Positions 37,497-49,538 are shown, counted from the first letter of the stretch. The stretch is 64,000 bases of DNA from an uncultured Gammaproteobacteria bacterium (GCA_964452165.1 CAYVKP010000001.1:140110-204109); one strand, 5' to 3'. Notes: a model not told the origin generated them from the sequence alone. A program made the numbers and translations.

Positions 37497-39263
37497 ATGC
37501 AACAAAATATTCGGAATTTTTGTATTATTGCGCATGTTGACCACGGAAAATCGACCCTTGCGGATCGCCTCTTGGAGATTACCGGTACGATCCGCAAACA
37601 AGACATAAAAGATCAACAGCAATTTCTTGACTCAAGTGCAATTTCGCGCGAACACGGAATTACAATAAAACTTGCGCCTGTCCGAATGGACTATAAAATT
37701 GGAGACCAACAGTTCGTCCTCAATTTAATCGATACTCCCGGTCATGTGGATTTTTCCTACGAAGTTGTGCGAACCCTTTATGCCTGTGAAGGAGCCGTTC
37801 TTTTGGTTGACGCAACAAAGGGAGTTCAGGCGCAGACCGTTGCCAATTATAATTTTGCCAAGAAACTCAGCCTTAAAATTATCCCAGTTATAAATAAGGT
37901 AGACTTACCTACTGCAAATATTGAAAAAGTCGAGCGCGAGATAGAATCTACATTTGGATTTGAGAAAAGTTCTATCCTAAAAATTTCTGCTAAGACCGGA
38001 ATTGGTGTTGAAGATCTAATTTCCGAGATTATAAAACAAGTTCCTGCTCCCGATGGTTCGGCAGATAGCCAAACTCAAGCCCTAATCTTTGACTCAATTT
38101 ACGACGAGCATCGTGGAATTGTAATCTATGTCCGACTGAGAAACGGAAAAATTAGAAAAGGGGACAAAATTAGATTTGCTTCGGATAATTCTTTGGTTTT
38201 GGTTAATGACGCCGGTTTTATGAAACCAACCTATTCCAGCTCCGAAGAGCTTGTGAATGGTGAGGTTGGATATATCATCACAAATATTAAAGATATAACT
38301 CAGGCAAAGGTTGGAGATACAATCCTTGATGAAAAGGGGACCGGTCAGTCACTCGGAAAGTATATCGAACAAAAACCCTTTGTTTATTTGTCTTTATACC
38401 CGAGTAGTGTTTCAGATTTTCAAAGCTTGCGAAAAGCTTTATATAAATTGAAGCTGAATGATGCAGCACTTGCTATTGCTCCGGAACAATCACAAATTTT
38501 CGGACCCGGTTTCAGATGTGGATTCTTGGGATTATTGCATGCGCAGATTCTAATCGAACGAATTGAAAAGGAAGAGGGTGTTGAAGTTTTTGCGGCCCCA
38601 CCATCTATTGAGTACATAGTTGATGGAAAAAGCGTTACGAATCCCAAAGACCTAAATAACGACGCCCGGGAAGTAAAAGAACCAATTGTCCTTGGTGAAA
38701 TATATACACCGGTTGAATATTTGGGCCCGATACTTGAGATGATTCATAACAAAAGAGGGGCCAGTCACAACATTATTTATTTTGGAAATCAAGCAAAAAT
38801 TGAATTTGAAATGCCACTTGCCAATATTATTTACGATTTCTACGACAAACTTAAAACGCTTTCGAGTGGGTATGCCTCCTTTGACTATGAAATCGCAGAG
38901 TTTCGTATCTCAAAACTTGAACGCGTTGATATATCCGTTAACAATGACATTATTCCAGAACTCTCCTTCGTAGTTCACAGAACGGAAATAGAAGATTTTT
39001 CAAGACGTATGGTAAAAGCATTAGCGGCAGAAATTCCAAGACATCAGTTCGAGGTTCACGTACGGGCACAGGTTGGTGGGAAAATAATTGCCAGTGAAAG
39101 AATTACGGCCTATGCCAAAAATGTTTTGGCAAAAATGTCAGGAGGAGACCGGACAAGAAAAGACAAACTTCTTGAAGCTCAGAAAAAAGGAAAGAAGAAA
39201 ATGAAAACAATCGGTCAGGTCAACGTACCTAAGGAAGCTTTTTTGGCAGTATTGAAAGCTTAA
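37497..39263 (+). CDS. lepA: Elongation factor 4 (LepA)
   Basis: IRNFCIIAHVDHGKSTLADR, DTPGHVDF, GFRCGFLGLLH, GGDRTRKDKLL. Confidence 0.98.
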   Translation: MQQNIRNFCIIAHVDHGKSTLADRLLEITGTIRKQDIKDQQQFLDSSAISREHGITIKLAPVRMDYKIGDQQFVLNLIDTPGHVDFSYEVVRTLYACEGAVLLVDATKGVQAQTVANYNFAKKLSLKIIPVINKVDLPTANIEKVEREIESTFGFEKSSILKISAKTGIGVEDLISEIIKQVPAPDGSADSQTQALIFDSIYDEHRGIVIYVRLRNGKIRKGDKIRFASDNSLVLVNDAGFMKPTYSSSEELVNGEVGYIITNIKDITQAKVGDTILDEKGTGQSLGKYIEQKPFVYLSLYPSSVSDFQSLRKALYKLKLNDAALAIAPEQSQIFGPGFRCGFLGLLHAQILIERIEKEEGVEVFAAPPSIEYIVDGKSVTNPKDLNNDAREVKEPIVLGEIYTPVEYLGPILEMIHNKRGASHNIIYFGNQAKIEFEMPLANIIYDFYDKLKTLSSGYASFDYEIAEFRISKLERVDISVNNDIIPELSFVVHRTEIEDFSRRMVKALAAEIPRHQFEVHVRAQVGGKIIASERITAYAKNVLAKMSGGDRTRKDKLLEAQKKGKKKMKTIGQVNVPKEAFLAVLKA

Positions 39264-39265
39264 TA

Positions 39266-39994
39266 TTATTTGATAGAGATCTTATCTATAATCCTCTTTA
39301 AAATACTTCTTGCAGCTACAACATTTGATGTTTCAGTATTTTTACTTGGAGTGCCATCAACCCTTGTGCTAATCTGAGCGAACAAGCTACCAGAAGGAGA
39401 ATATTTTTTGAAAAACGTAAAGCTTACTCCATATATTTCTCCGCTTGGATAGATTTGATAGGTTTCATAGGCTGTGTAGCCTTCCTTACTTTGATAAATA
39501 TGCTTAGAAGCTTTTTGCAAATCATCTAACGTGGTCGGGATAGTTCCTTCCCAAGCGGGATCAAGAAACGTAGGAGTTAAGGTCAGAGCATTTTTAACGG
39601 GTCCGGTAGTTGTCCAAGTTACTACGTACACAAGTTTGTTGGTTTCCGAATCTTTCAGTTCTAGAGTATTCTGATGAAAGATGTTTCTTTTAAAACTTAA
39701 CTCGACCACATTGACAGATTTACCATCAAATAATGGAGAGTCAATACCAAAGTTGGAGAATGAATACTTTTCTTTAATCGTTGATTTCCAGATAGGCTGA
39801 GGATAAGGTTCAAGATAGTTTCTAATTTCCTCTTCATCGGAAGAGATGGTTTCATCTCTCATGGCTATTGTGCGTTTAAGATTTTGATTTTCTTTTTGAA
39901 GTTTTAGAACCATTAAAGCAAGAATAGCGATTCCAACCATTCCAACAAAAAGTATCGGGAGAAATTTTCTCGAGCTTAAATTGCGAGCTTTCAT
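39266..39994 (-). CDS. Hypothetical membrane-anchored exported protein
   Basis: N-terminal TM + short coiled coil; 1 nt downstream of the surface-protein gene. Confidence 0.7.
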   Translation of the reverse strand: MKARNLSSRKFLPILFVGMVGIAILALMVLKLQKENQNLKRTIAMRDETISSDEEEIRNYLEPYPQPIWKSTIKEKYSFSNFGIDSPLFDGKSVNVVELSFKRNIFHQNTLELKDSETNKLVYVVTWTTTGPVKNALTLTPTFLDPAWEGTIPTTLDDLQKASKHIYQSKEGYTAYETYQIYPSGEIYGVSFTFFKKYSPSGSLFAQISTRVDGTPSKNTETSNVVAARSILKRIIDKISIK

Positions 39995-39995
39995 T

Positions 39996-41165
39996 TTAGA
40001 GGGCGAGGAGTAAGAATCCGCCCACTATTGAGATTGCCGCCGCAGCGATTATTCCAATTGTTTGAGCAACGCTTCCGGTTGGCGGAACTGTAGGCTTCTC
40101 AACCAATGTTGGTTTTTCAACAAGAGTAGGAGTTGCGGTTGGAGCAGTTGTTGCGGTCGGGACAATAGTTGCAGAAGCACTTCCAGACACGGTTACGGTT
40201 TGATTACAGGCGCTACTGATAGCGCCCTTATTATCTGTAAATACCGCGCTTGCCGAGAAGTTTCCACCGTTTTGATAAGTGTGATTGGTTTGTGCATTTA
40301 CGCTTTTCAAATTCATTCCTACTGTTATATCCTGCGTTTGTCCATCACCAAAAGTAAATGTTGTCTTGGCGATAACGCCTTGGGTATCCGGATCATTTCC
40401 TTTGGCGCCAAGAAGTACTGAGAAGGGAGCAGAACCACTACTTGATGGGGAGACGGTGAATTCGGTACAAATCGGTATTTGATTATTAGTGGCCGGGCCT
40501 GTGGTTGGTACCACAGTTGTAGTCGTTGGGTTTACTACAGGTGTTACTGAAGTGCTAGGTGCAGGCGTAGTAGAACCGGTTGGAACCGGAGCCGGACAAG
40601 CACCTGTGGCAATATTTACGTTTGCAGGAGACACGGTTGATAAGACGTTGTCTGATGCCAAGCTATTGTCTTGTGGATTGATATTTTCAAAAACATACAC
40701 AAAGCTTTTGGTGCTATCCACCTGAACTTGTGCTGGGCCTGCAACGAGCGGTTTAAATGTAATTGTCGCAACCTTTGTTATGGTTTGAACCGCATTCAAA
40801 GGCTGAGGTCCTGTGCTTATGGAGAAGGAGACTTGTCCATTTGAGATTGAGGGAGCAGCAATAGTACCCGGGAAAGCCTTGCTTTGGGTGACCTGGGTTG
40901 CCTGAAGTTTTGTTGGATCGTAAGTTATAACCGGTTTAACAATCGAAACTGCGTTAACACCAGGGTCAATCATGAGATCCACATCAAAAGTCGTACATTG
41001 AGTAGAAGTGTTAGGGCTTTCGGGGTTGAAATATAAACGCGAAGCTGCGGTGGCTCGGCTTCTTACCTCCTGTTGTTTTTTGACAAAATAGAGAGTGAGC
41101 GGAATACTTATTAATAGTAGGGCAAGTGTTCCTATTACTAGAAATTTGTTTGCAAATAATTTCAT
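39996..41165 (-). CDS. Cell-surface protein: cohesin-like + PKD domains, Thr/Pro linkers, PPTG + TM C-terminus
   Basis: TM then QQEVRSRA, cohesin-like (ITYDPTKL..VATITFK), PKD (FTFGDG..HTY), VPPTGS + hydrophobic tail. Confidence 0.82.
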   Translation of the reverse strand: MKLFANKFLVIGTLALLLISIPLTLYFVKKQQEVRSRATAASRLYFNPESPNTSTQCTTFDVDLMIDPGVNAVSIVKPVITYDPTKLQATQVTQSKAFPGTIAAPSISNGQVSFSISTGPQPLNAVQTITKVATITFKPLVAGPAQVQVDSTKSFVYVFENINPQDNSLASDNVLSTVSPANVNIATGACPAPVPTGSTTPAPSTSVTPVVNPTTTTVVPTTGPATNNQIPICTEFTVSPSSSGSAPFSVLLGAKGNDPDTQGVIAKTTFTFGDGQTQDITVGMNLKSVNAQTNHTYQNGGNFSASAVFTDNKGAISSACNQTVTVSGSASATIVPTATTAPTATPTLVEKPTLVEKPTVPPTGSVAQTIGIIAAAAISIVGGFLLLAL

Positions 41166-41250
41166 TTAAACGCGGTACAAAACGCGCGATTTAGCGTTTG
41201 ATATAGCGTAGACAATTCGGGCAGATAAGTCAATGACGTTTTGAAATAAA

Positions 41251-41299
41251 TTAGCAATCGGCCCGACATCTTGACAAAATCGGCCATATTAATTAGAAT
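41251..41299 (+). promoter_or_regulatory. groES promoter with degenerate CIRCE overlapping the -35
   Basis: TTGACA(41271)-17 nt-TAGAAT(41294); TTAGCAATC-N9-TCTTGACAA. Confidence 0.6.
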
Positions 41300-41313
41300 A
41301 CTTAATCGTAAAC

Positions 41314-41619
41314 ATGGTAAAAACAGTCCAAACAACAAATATAAAACCACTTTTCAACAACGTTTTGGTTAAGCCCCTTGAGGCCGAAGAAAAAACAACT
41401 GGGGGAATTTATTTACCTGAAACGGCGAAAGAAAAACCACAAGTTGGTCTCGTGATGGCAATTGGTGATGGCGAAGTAACTCCAAAAGGGGAAGTCAAAA
41501 AGATGACAGTCAAGGTGGGAGATAAGGTTATGTACAAAAAATGGGGCGGAAATGAAGTTAAGGTTGGAAATGAAGAATGGACGATAGTTGAAGAGAAAGA
41601 TATTTTGGCAATAGTCTAA
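41314..41619 (+). CDS. groES: Co-chaperonin GroES
   Basis: IKPLFNNVLV, TTGGIYLPETAKEKP, VKVGDKV. Confidence 0.98.
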   Translation: MVKTVQTTNIKPLFNNVLVKPLEAEEKTTGGIYLPETAKEKPQVGLVMAIGDGEVTPKGEVKKMTVKVGDKVMYKKWGGNEVKVGNEEWTIVEEKDILAIV

Positions 41620-41648
41620 AGGGGTTCCCAAATTAAAATTTGGGGTGA

Positions 41649-43298
<1,650 letters not shown>

Positions 43299-43337
43299 AC
43301 TCCTTTTAATTTCTCCAATTCAGTTTAAAATATAAAT

Positions 43338-44165
43338 ATGGTTGATGTTCATTGTCATTTAAATTTGCATGCTTTCGATGAAGATTATGATGAGGTTGCA
43401 AAACGCGCGTTTGAAGCGGGAGTTCGTGTAACAGTAAATACAGGAACGAGCATCCCCTCAAGTAGAAAGGCCGTCGAACTAGCGCAAAAATACGAGAAAA
43501 TGTATGCGATCGTTGGAGTTCATCCTCATCATGCGGATAAAGCGGACGTCGAGTTCGAGGGCGAACTACAAAAAGATTGGTTTGAAAATCTCAGAAAGAT
43601 AGCCCAGAGTGATAAAGTTATTGGAATTGGGGAGACGGGACTCGATTACCATACATATAAATCAAACGGCATAGTTGATAAGCCACTTCAGGAAGATGCC
43701 TTCAGAAAACAAATCGAACTTTCAATCGAATTAAAATTGCCGCTACAGATTCATAATCGGTTGGCAGGAGAAGATGTGGTCCGAATTCTTTTGGAATATA
43801 AGCACAAATTTCAAGACCCTCCGGGCATGTTTCATTGTTTTGCCGGGACTCAGGAAGTCTTGAAAAGTGCTTTAGGTCTAGGGTTTTATATTGGATTTGA
43901 CGGCAACGTTACCTATAAAGGGATTGCGCCGGGAGAGTCGGTAGCTTTACCTGAGCTAGCAAAAAATGTTCCCTTGGATCGTATTTTAGCCGAGACAGAC
44001 AGTCCATTTTTGACGCCAATTCCTCTTCGCGGGCAGCGAAACGAACCCGCAAATGTTATAATTGTAGGAGAGTATTTAGCCAACCTTCTCGGTGTTGGTT
44101 TTTCTGAGTTTCAACAGGCTACCTACTCGAATTTTAAGAAACTTTTCGGCATACAAATAAGCTAA
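43338..44165 (+). CDS. tatD: TatD family metal-dependent DNase
   Basis: DVHCH, GVHPH, IGETGLDY, HCF, ETDSPFL. Confidence 0.93.
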   Translation: MVDVHCHLNLHAFDEDYDEVAKRAFEAGVRVTVNTGTSIPSSRKAVELAQKYEKMYAIVGVHPHHADKADVEFEGELQKDWFENLRKIAQSDKVIGIGETGLDYHTYKSNGIVDKPLQEDAFRKQIELSIELKLPLQIHNRLAGEDVVRILLEYKHKFQDPPGMFHCFAGTQEVLKSALGLGFYIGFDGNVTYKGIAPGESVALPELAKNVPLDRILAETDSPFLTPIPLRGQRNEPANVIIVGEYLANLLGVGFSEFQQATYSNFKKLFGIQIS

Positions 44166-44166
44166 T

Positions 44167-45660
44167 ATGCATACTCTTGCTAACAAACTATTCACAAGAT
44201 ACCCCAGGAAATCGCTTCGTGCACTTGAAATTATTCCACCACTTTCTGCAATTTTTCTCATAAGCATGCCGTTTTGGGGAGCGATTTTTTTCCCGGTTCA
44301 GCTTGCTTATTTCATAATCTTCTTCGATGTTTATTGGTTGTATAAATCATTTAATTTGGCAGTTTGTGCGTTTATTTCAGCAAGAAAAATAAAAGCAGCC
44401 GAGAAAGAAGACTGGCTTGCGAAGACTAAAGATCTTCCCAATTTTAATAGAGTCCGTCATGTAGTAATAATTCCTACGTACCAAGAGACAATTGGTAAAA
44501 TTCGTGAAACTCTGGATAGTATTTTGGCTCAAACTTTTCCTCCCAAGGGTATTTATGTTTTTGTTGCATTTGAAGAACGCGAGGAGAATGCCAAGGAAAA
44601 ATCGGCAGAGTTACTCCGAGAGTATAAAAATAAATTCGCCATTTTACAAACCACATTCCACCCTGATATCCCATCTGAAGTAAAAGGTAAATCATCAAAT
44701 GAAGCATACGCAGCAAAATTTGCAGAAAAAACAATTCTCGCAGATAAAAAGATTGATCTGGATTTTCTAACTGTGTCATCTGTTGATGCCGATTCAATTT
44801 TTGACAAACAATTTTTTGCAAACCTTGCTTACTGCTTCCTCACAAGTAAAGAGCCACACCTTACATTTTGGCAATCCGCAAATGTCACCTACAACAACTT
44901 CTGGCAAGTCCCATCGTTTATTAGAATCATTTCTTTTTTTGGCAGTCTATGGAGGATATCACTTCTGGTTCAGGGTATGAGATTAATACCAAATTCTGTC
45001 TACTCATTATCTTTTAAGCTACTGAAAGAAATTGACTATTGGGATACCGACGTAATTCCTGAGGATTACAGAATATTCTTTAAAGCTTTCTTTAGGACAG
45101 GAGGAAAAGTTACCGTTGCTCCAATATTTTTGAAAACTTCAATGGACGCTCCTAAGTCCGCAACCTACTTTAAGTCCTTGCTTAATAAATACAATCAGGA
45201 AAGACGATGGTCCTGGGGAATATCCGACGATGCAGTTTATCTTAAATGGTGGCTGATAGTAAAAGAAGCTCCGTTTTGGAGAAAAACACATCTAGTTGCA
45301 AATGTTTTGATTGATCATATTCTATGGCCTGTTAACTGGTATATTATTACAATTTCTGCAAACTTGATAGTTTTTCTAAACCCCGTTTTCACTAGAACCA
45401 GCCTGGGATATAACCTGCCAAGAATGTCCGGATTTATACTGACGCTCTGTCTGCTTGCTTTATTCGTATTAATATACGTAGACTTTAATATGAGAGCAAA
45501 AACGTCAGGAGTCTCTAAATTTAGACAATTCATTTTCCCATTGGAATTTGTTTTAATGCCAATTTCAGGATTCTTCCTTTCATCTCTTCCCGCCTTGATC
45601 TCTCATGTACAGTTGATTGTAGGTAAGAGGCTCGAATACAAAGTAACTGAAAAGTCATGA
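44167..45660 (+). CDS. Membrane GT2 glycosyltransferase, processive-synthase-like
   Basis: IPTYQE, GKSSN, DAD, PED, QERRW; TMs on both sides. Confidence 0.88.
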   Translation: MHTLANKLFTRYPRKSLRALEIIPPLSAIFLISMPFWGAIFFPVQLAYFIIFFDVYWLYKSFNLAVCAFISARKIKAAEKEDWLAKTKDLPNFNRVRHVVIIPTYQETIGKIRETLDSILAQTFPPKGIYVFVAFEEREENAKEKSAELLREYKNKFAILQTTFHPDIPSEVKGKSSNEAYAAKFAEKTILADKKIDLDFLTVSSVDADSIFDKQFFANLAYCFLTSKEPHLTFWQSANVTYNNFWQVPSFIRIISFFGSLWRISLLVQGMRLIPNSVYSLSFKLLKEIDYWDTDVIPEDYRIFFKAFFRTGGKVTVAPIFLKTSMDAPKSATYFKSLLNKYNQERRWSWGISDDAVYLKWWLIVKEAPFWRKTHLVANVLIDHILWPVNWYIITISANLIVFLNPVFTRTSLGYNLPRMSGFILTLCLLALFVLIYVDFNMRAKTSGVSKFRQFIFPLEFVLMPISGFFLSSLPALISHVQLIVGKRLEYKVTEKS

Positions 45661-47156
45661 GAGAAAAGATCACGACCTTCCTAAATCAGAAGATAAACAA
45701 CAAAGAGATACTCTTTCTTGCCGTAGCGCTCCTCATATTTTCATTGTTTAGAGTGCCTTCCGTTGTTGAGCCATATTGGTACGGTGACGAAGGAATTTAT
45801 GAAGTAATAGGACAGGCAGTTGCCCACGGTAGAATGCTTTATTCGGGTATTTGGGATAACAAACCTCCGCTTTTATATATGATATATGCCTTGTTTTCAG
45901 GGGATCAGTTTTATGTACGGCTTCTTTCAATAATTACAGGAATGGCGGCAATTGTTTTCTTCTTTCTTCTTGCCAAAAAGTTATTTAAGAAAGAGCTTCC
46001 AGTCTATATTTCAACTATCTTTTTTGCTATTGTTTTTGGTCTCCCGCTTCTTGAGGGAAACATTGCGAACGCTGAGAACTTTATGCTGTTGCCAATAATT
46101 GCGGGGTTTTATTGTATTCTGCAGGGCAGAGGAAAGAATAAATACATTCTAATTGCCCTATCTGGAGTATTGTTGTCTCTGGCATTTTTAACAAAAATAG
46201 TTGCCGTCTTTGATTTTGCAGCAATCGCAGTCTCGGTTTTTATCTTAAGATTCTACGAAGAAATTCAATTCACAGAAAAAAAAGTTTCTGAGGAATTGAA
46301 GAAATTAATAGCAGGTTTTGAACAAGAAACAGTATTTGCGATCTTTTTTGCTATTCCCATAGTTATTACTGCTGCGTATTTTTTCTTCTCCGGAGCATTT
46401 TCTGATTTTTTCCATGCAGCACTTTCCCAAAACGTTGGATATGTGGGTTACGGTAATTATTTCCTCTTCCCAATGGGACTGCTCTTTTTTAAATTGGTTA
46501 TATTGCTTTTTTCAACGCTGCTTGTTGCAAGATACAGACGAGCTCTTGGTCAAGGTGGAGTTGTAATTCTTGTTTGGGTCTTATTTTCTTTGTTTAACGC
46601 CTTTTTTTCCGCAAGACCCTATACGCACTATGTCCTAGTGCTTCTTCCCGCTCTTTCTCTATTGCTGGGTTATATTTTTGAATACAAGAGAATGCTAAAG
46701 ATCACCTTGCCCTTTTTTATAATTATTCTATTTTTAGTTCACTACAATTTTAATTTCTACACAAAAATAGTTCCCTATTATTCCAACTATCTCAAATTCA
46801 TAGGTGGAGGGTCTGTTACGCAGTACCAATCATTTTTTGATAAAAATACTCCTCGGGACTACGACATAGCATCTTTCATTGAAATGAAAACCAATCCAAA
46901 TGAAGGTATATTCTTGTGGAGTGACAGCGCTCAAATTTATGCACTTTCAGAAAAACTTCCTCCGGGAAGATATGCTGTCTCCTATCACATCACGTTTTAT
47001 AAAGACGCAATAGATGAAACCAAAAAGGCTTTAGATAGTACAAAGCCTAAATACATAATTTCAACCAAAGAGTCACCCGAGCTTGAAAACTTTTTGACGG
47101 GTTATATTTTGAAATACAAAATAGATAATGCTTTAGTCTATGAAAGGCAGTCTTAA
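45657..47156 (+). CDS. GT-C fold membrane glycosyltransferase (ArnT/PMT-like)
   Basis: WYGDEGIY, WDNKPPL, AFLTK, many TMs. Confidence 0.87.
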   Translation: MREKITTFLNQKINNKEILFLAVALLIFSLFRVPSVVEPYWYGDEGIYEVIGQAVAHGRMLYSGIWDNKPPLLYMIYALFSGDQFYVRLLSIITGMAAIVFFFLLAKKLFKKELPVYISTIFFAIVFGLPLLEGNIANAENFMLLPIIAGFYCILQGRGKNKYILIALSGVLLSLAFLTKIVAVFDFAAIAVSVFILRFYEEIQFTEKKVSEELKKLIAGFEQETVFAIFFAIPIVITAAYFFFSGAFSDFFHAALSQNVGYVGYGNYFLFPMGLLFFKLVILLFSTLLVARYRRALGQGGVVILVWVLFSLFNAFFSARPYTHYVLVLLPALSLLLGYIFEYKRMLKITLPFFIIILFLVHYNFNFYTKIVPYYSNYLKFIGGGSVTQYQSFFDKNTPRDYDIASFIEMKTNPNEGIFLWSDSAQIYALSEKLPPGRYAVSYHITFYKDAIDETKKALDSTKPKYIISTKESPELENFLTGYILKYKIDNALVYERQS

Positions 47157-47493
47157 AACTCTTTTTTCAGATAATTCGATAAAGCTTACTGCCATAGCTT
47201 CTATTTTTTTAATTCTTTTTCAAGGAATTTTGTCACTTGTTTTTTTCCAAAAACTCCCAATTCTTGTGCCGCTTCTCAATAGCCAACCCTGGGGAGTAGG
47301 GCGTCTATATCCTTCCTGGACGGTTCTTCTAATTTGCCCCCTTTTGATATTTACTTTTGTAGTTAATAATCTTTTGAGTGCAGTCTTCTATAAGAAAAAT
47401 ACACTTGTTTCACGCGTCTTAATTTTCAATGGATTCTTGTTTGTTTTACTCGCTACGATAGCATTTATACAAATTTTATTTTTAGTATTTTGA
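47140..47493 (+). CDS. Small three-TM membrane protein
   Basis: LP..VPL..SQPWG motif; overlaps both neighbours. Confidence 0.7.
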   Translation: MKGSLKTLFSDNSIKLTAIASIFLILFQGILSLVFFQKLPILVPLLNSQPWGVGRLYPSWTVLLICPLLIFTFVVNNLLSAVFYKKNTLVSRVLIFNGFLFVLLATIAFIQILFLVF

Positions 47494-48548
47494 TGCTTTT
47501 ATCATTGCTCATTCCGTTTATTGTTTCTTGCATAGCAGTTTTGGCTTTAACTCCATTGACTATCTCATTTGCACAAAAGTTTGGATTAATTGATGATCCA
47601 AAAAAGCACAAACACCCGGCAATTATTCACAAAAAAACTTTGCCTCGCGCAGGTGGACTTCCTATATATATAGGTATCGTTTTGGGTTTAATTTTTTTTA
47701 TTCCTCCAAACCCTACATATATTGCAGTAGTCACCGCAGGAGCGTTAGTTGTAGTATTGGGTCTTCTTGACGATAAATATGATCTGTCGCCGTATCTGCG
47801 GTTTATTGGCAATATAGTTTGTGCGGGTATTGTAGTTTTCTCAGGAATTCACATACCCTTTATAACCAATCCTACTGGTGGTATTTTACTGTTCACTCAT
47901 TTTTCTTTAAATATTGCAGGACTTCCAATATCGGCTCCCCATATTCTTGCCATAGTTTGGATAGTTTGGATAATGAACATGCTTAATTGGAGCAAGGGAG
48001 TAGATGGTCAGATGCCCGGTATTGCAGTCGTCTCATCTATCATAGTAGGAATTGCAGCTTTAAGATTTCCGGTACTTACAGAAAGTAGTCTCATGGTGTC
48101 TGAAATATCGTTTATTGTTGCTGGAGCATCTCTAGGATTTCTCTTCTACAATTTTTATCCTGCAAAAATTTTCCCCGGATACAGCGCGACAATATTAGGA
48201 TTTATGATAGGAATTTTGTCGATAATGTCGGGCGTAAAACTTGCAACCGCAGTTCTTGTTATGGGAGTTCCTACCGCCGATGCGATATTTACGATAACAA
48301 GAAGACTTGCTTCGGGCAAGTCTCCTTTCAAGCACGACAAGGGACATCTCCATCACTTATTGTTAAATCTGGGCTTGAAGCAGCGCACAATCGCGCTCAT
48401 CTATTGGCTATTGTCTTTACTTTTGGGTTTGTTTGCACTTAATTTATCCTCCCGTGGTAAGCTTTTTGCTATAATTCTAGTGCTTGTAGTTGTTGGAGCG
48501 GTAATTTTAACACTAAGACTAACAGCAAAAAGTGAAAATGCAGAATAG
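47493..48548 (+). CDS. WecA/TagO-like polyprenyl-phosphate HexNAc-1-phosphate transferase (MraY family)
   Basis: PRAGG, GLLDD, N..KGVDG, NFYPAKIFPG, HDKGHLHH. Confidence 0.92.
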   Translation: MLLSLLIPFIVSCIAVLALTPLTISFAQKFGLIDDPKKHKHPAIIHKKTLPRAGGLPIYIGIVLGLIFFIPPNPTYIAVVTAGALVVVLGLLDDKYDLSPYLRFIGNIVCAGIVVFSGIHIPFITNPTGGILLFTHFSLNIAGLPISAPHILAIVWIVWIMNMLNWSKGVDGQMPGIAVVSSIIVGIAALRFPVLTESSLMVSEISFIVAGASLGFLFYNFYPAKIFPGYSATILGFMIGILSIMSGVKLATAVLVMGVPTADAIFTITRRLASGKSPFKHDKGHLHHLLLNLGLKQRTIALIYWLLSLLLGLFALNLSSRGKLFAIILVLVVVGAVILTLRLTAKSENAE

Positions 48549-49491
48549 TTTTATAAAACATTGGTATTACGTTCTAAAGTTACTTCGGCCAAGACAATGG
48601 ATCAAAAATGTCGCAATCTTTGCGGCAATTACTTTGGGAGGTCAGTTATTTGATCCGGTAGCTTTGCCAAAAGTTGTCCTGGGTTTTGTATCTTTTTGTT
48701 TTCTCTCTTCATCCACCTATATAATTAACGATTTGGTAGATATTGAAAAGGATAGGCTTCACCCCTTTAAAAAATCGAGGCCATTGGCAGCAAATCTCGT
48801 AAACAAAAATGAAGCGATATTTATTTTTGTAGTAATAATAGTGACGGCTTTGGTTTCGGCAAAAGCCATCAATAATGGCTTTTTCTTATTGGCAATTCTT
48901 TACCTAGTTCTTCAAGCGCTTTATTCATTTTCGTTTAAAAGCGTGGTGATATTTGATATTTTCTTTATTGCGGTTGGATACATATTGAGGGTTTTTTCAG
49001 GAGAATTGATAACCGGATATCATCTATCAGTATGGTTACTTTTAACAACAGTCTCCCTTTCTCTTTTCCTGGCAATCGGTAAAAGACGTTCGGAGCTAAC
49101 TTTATTGCGGTCCTACAAAGGAACGAGAATTGAGGAGATTAGAAAAAGTCTTTCACATTATTCTGAGGCGCTTTTAACCGTTTACACAATGATATTTGCA
49201 ACGTCAACTTTTATCTTTTACTCTTTGTTTACTTTTCTTGAGAATCCAACCGGAATTAAAATCTCTTTAAATGTACTTTTGCCTGATTTTCTTCCTTACT
49301 ATCTTCAGAGAAAATGGCTCATGATAACAATTGTACCCGTCGTCTACGGCTTAATGCGTTATCTTCAGGATATTTATGAAAAGCATGAAGGGGAAAGTCC
49401 TGATCGTGTTCTCCTTTCGGACAAGGCTCTACTTGCGTCAGTCATAGTCTGGGGTTTTCTGACCGTTGTAATAATTTATTTTATTGGCTAA
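48538..49491 (+). CDS. UbiA-family polyprenyl-phosphate phosphoribosyltransferase (DPPR synthase-like)
   Basis: RPRQWIKN, YIINDLVDIEKDRLHPFKKSRP, GKRRSEL, GESP. Confidence 0.88.
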   Translation: MQNSFIKHWYYVLKLLRPRQWIKNVAIFAAITLGGQLFDPVALPKVVLGFVSFCFLSSSTYIINDLVDIEKDRLHPFKKSRPLAANLVNKNEAIFIFVVIIVTALVSAKAINNGFFLLAILYLVLQALYSFSFKSVVIFDIFFIAVGYILRVFSGELITGYHLSVWLLLTTVSLSLFLAIGKRRSELTLLRSYKGTRIEEIRKSLSHYSEALLTVYTMIFATSTFIFYSLFTFLENPTGIKISLNVLLPDFLPYYLQRKWLMITIVPVVYGLMRYLQDIYEKHEGESPDRVLLSDKALLASVIVWGFLTVVIIYFIG

Positions 49492-49538
49492 ATTAATTTA
49501 ATCTGTCTCTATTAAGATTTTCTGCTACGCTTAACTAA

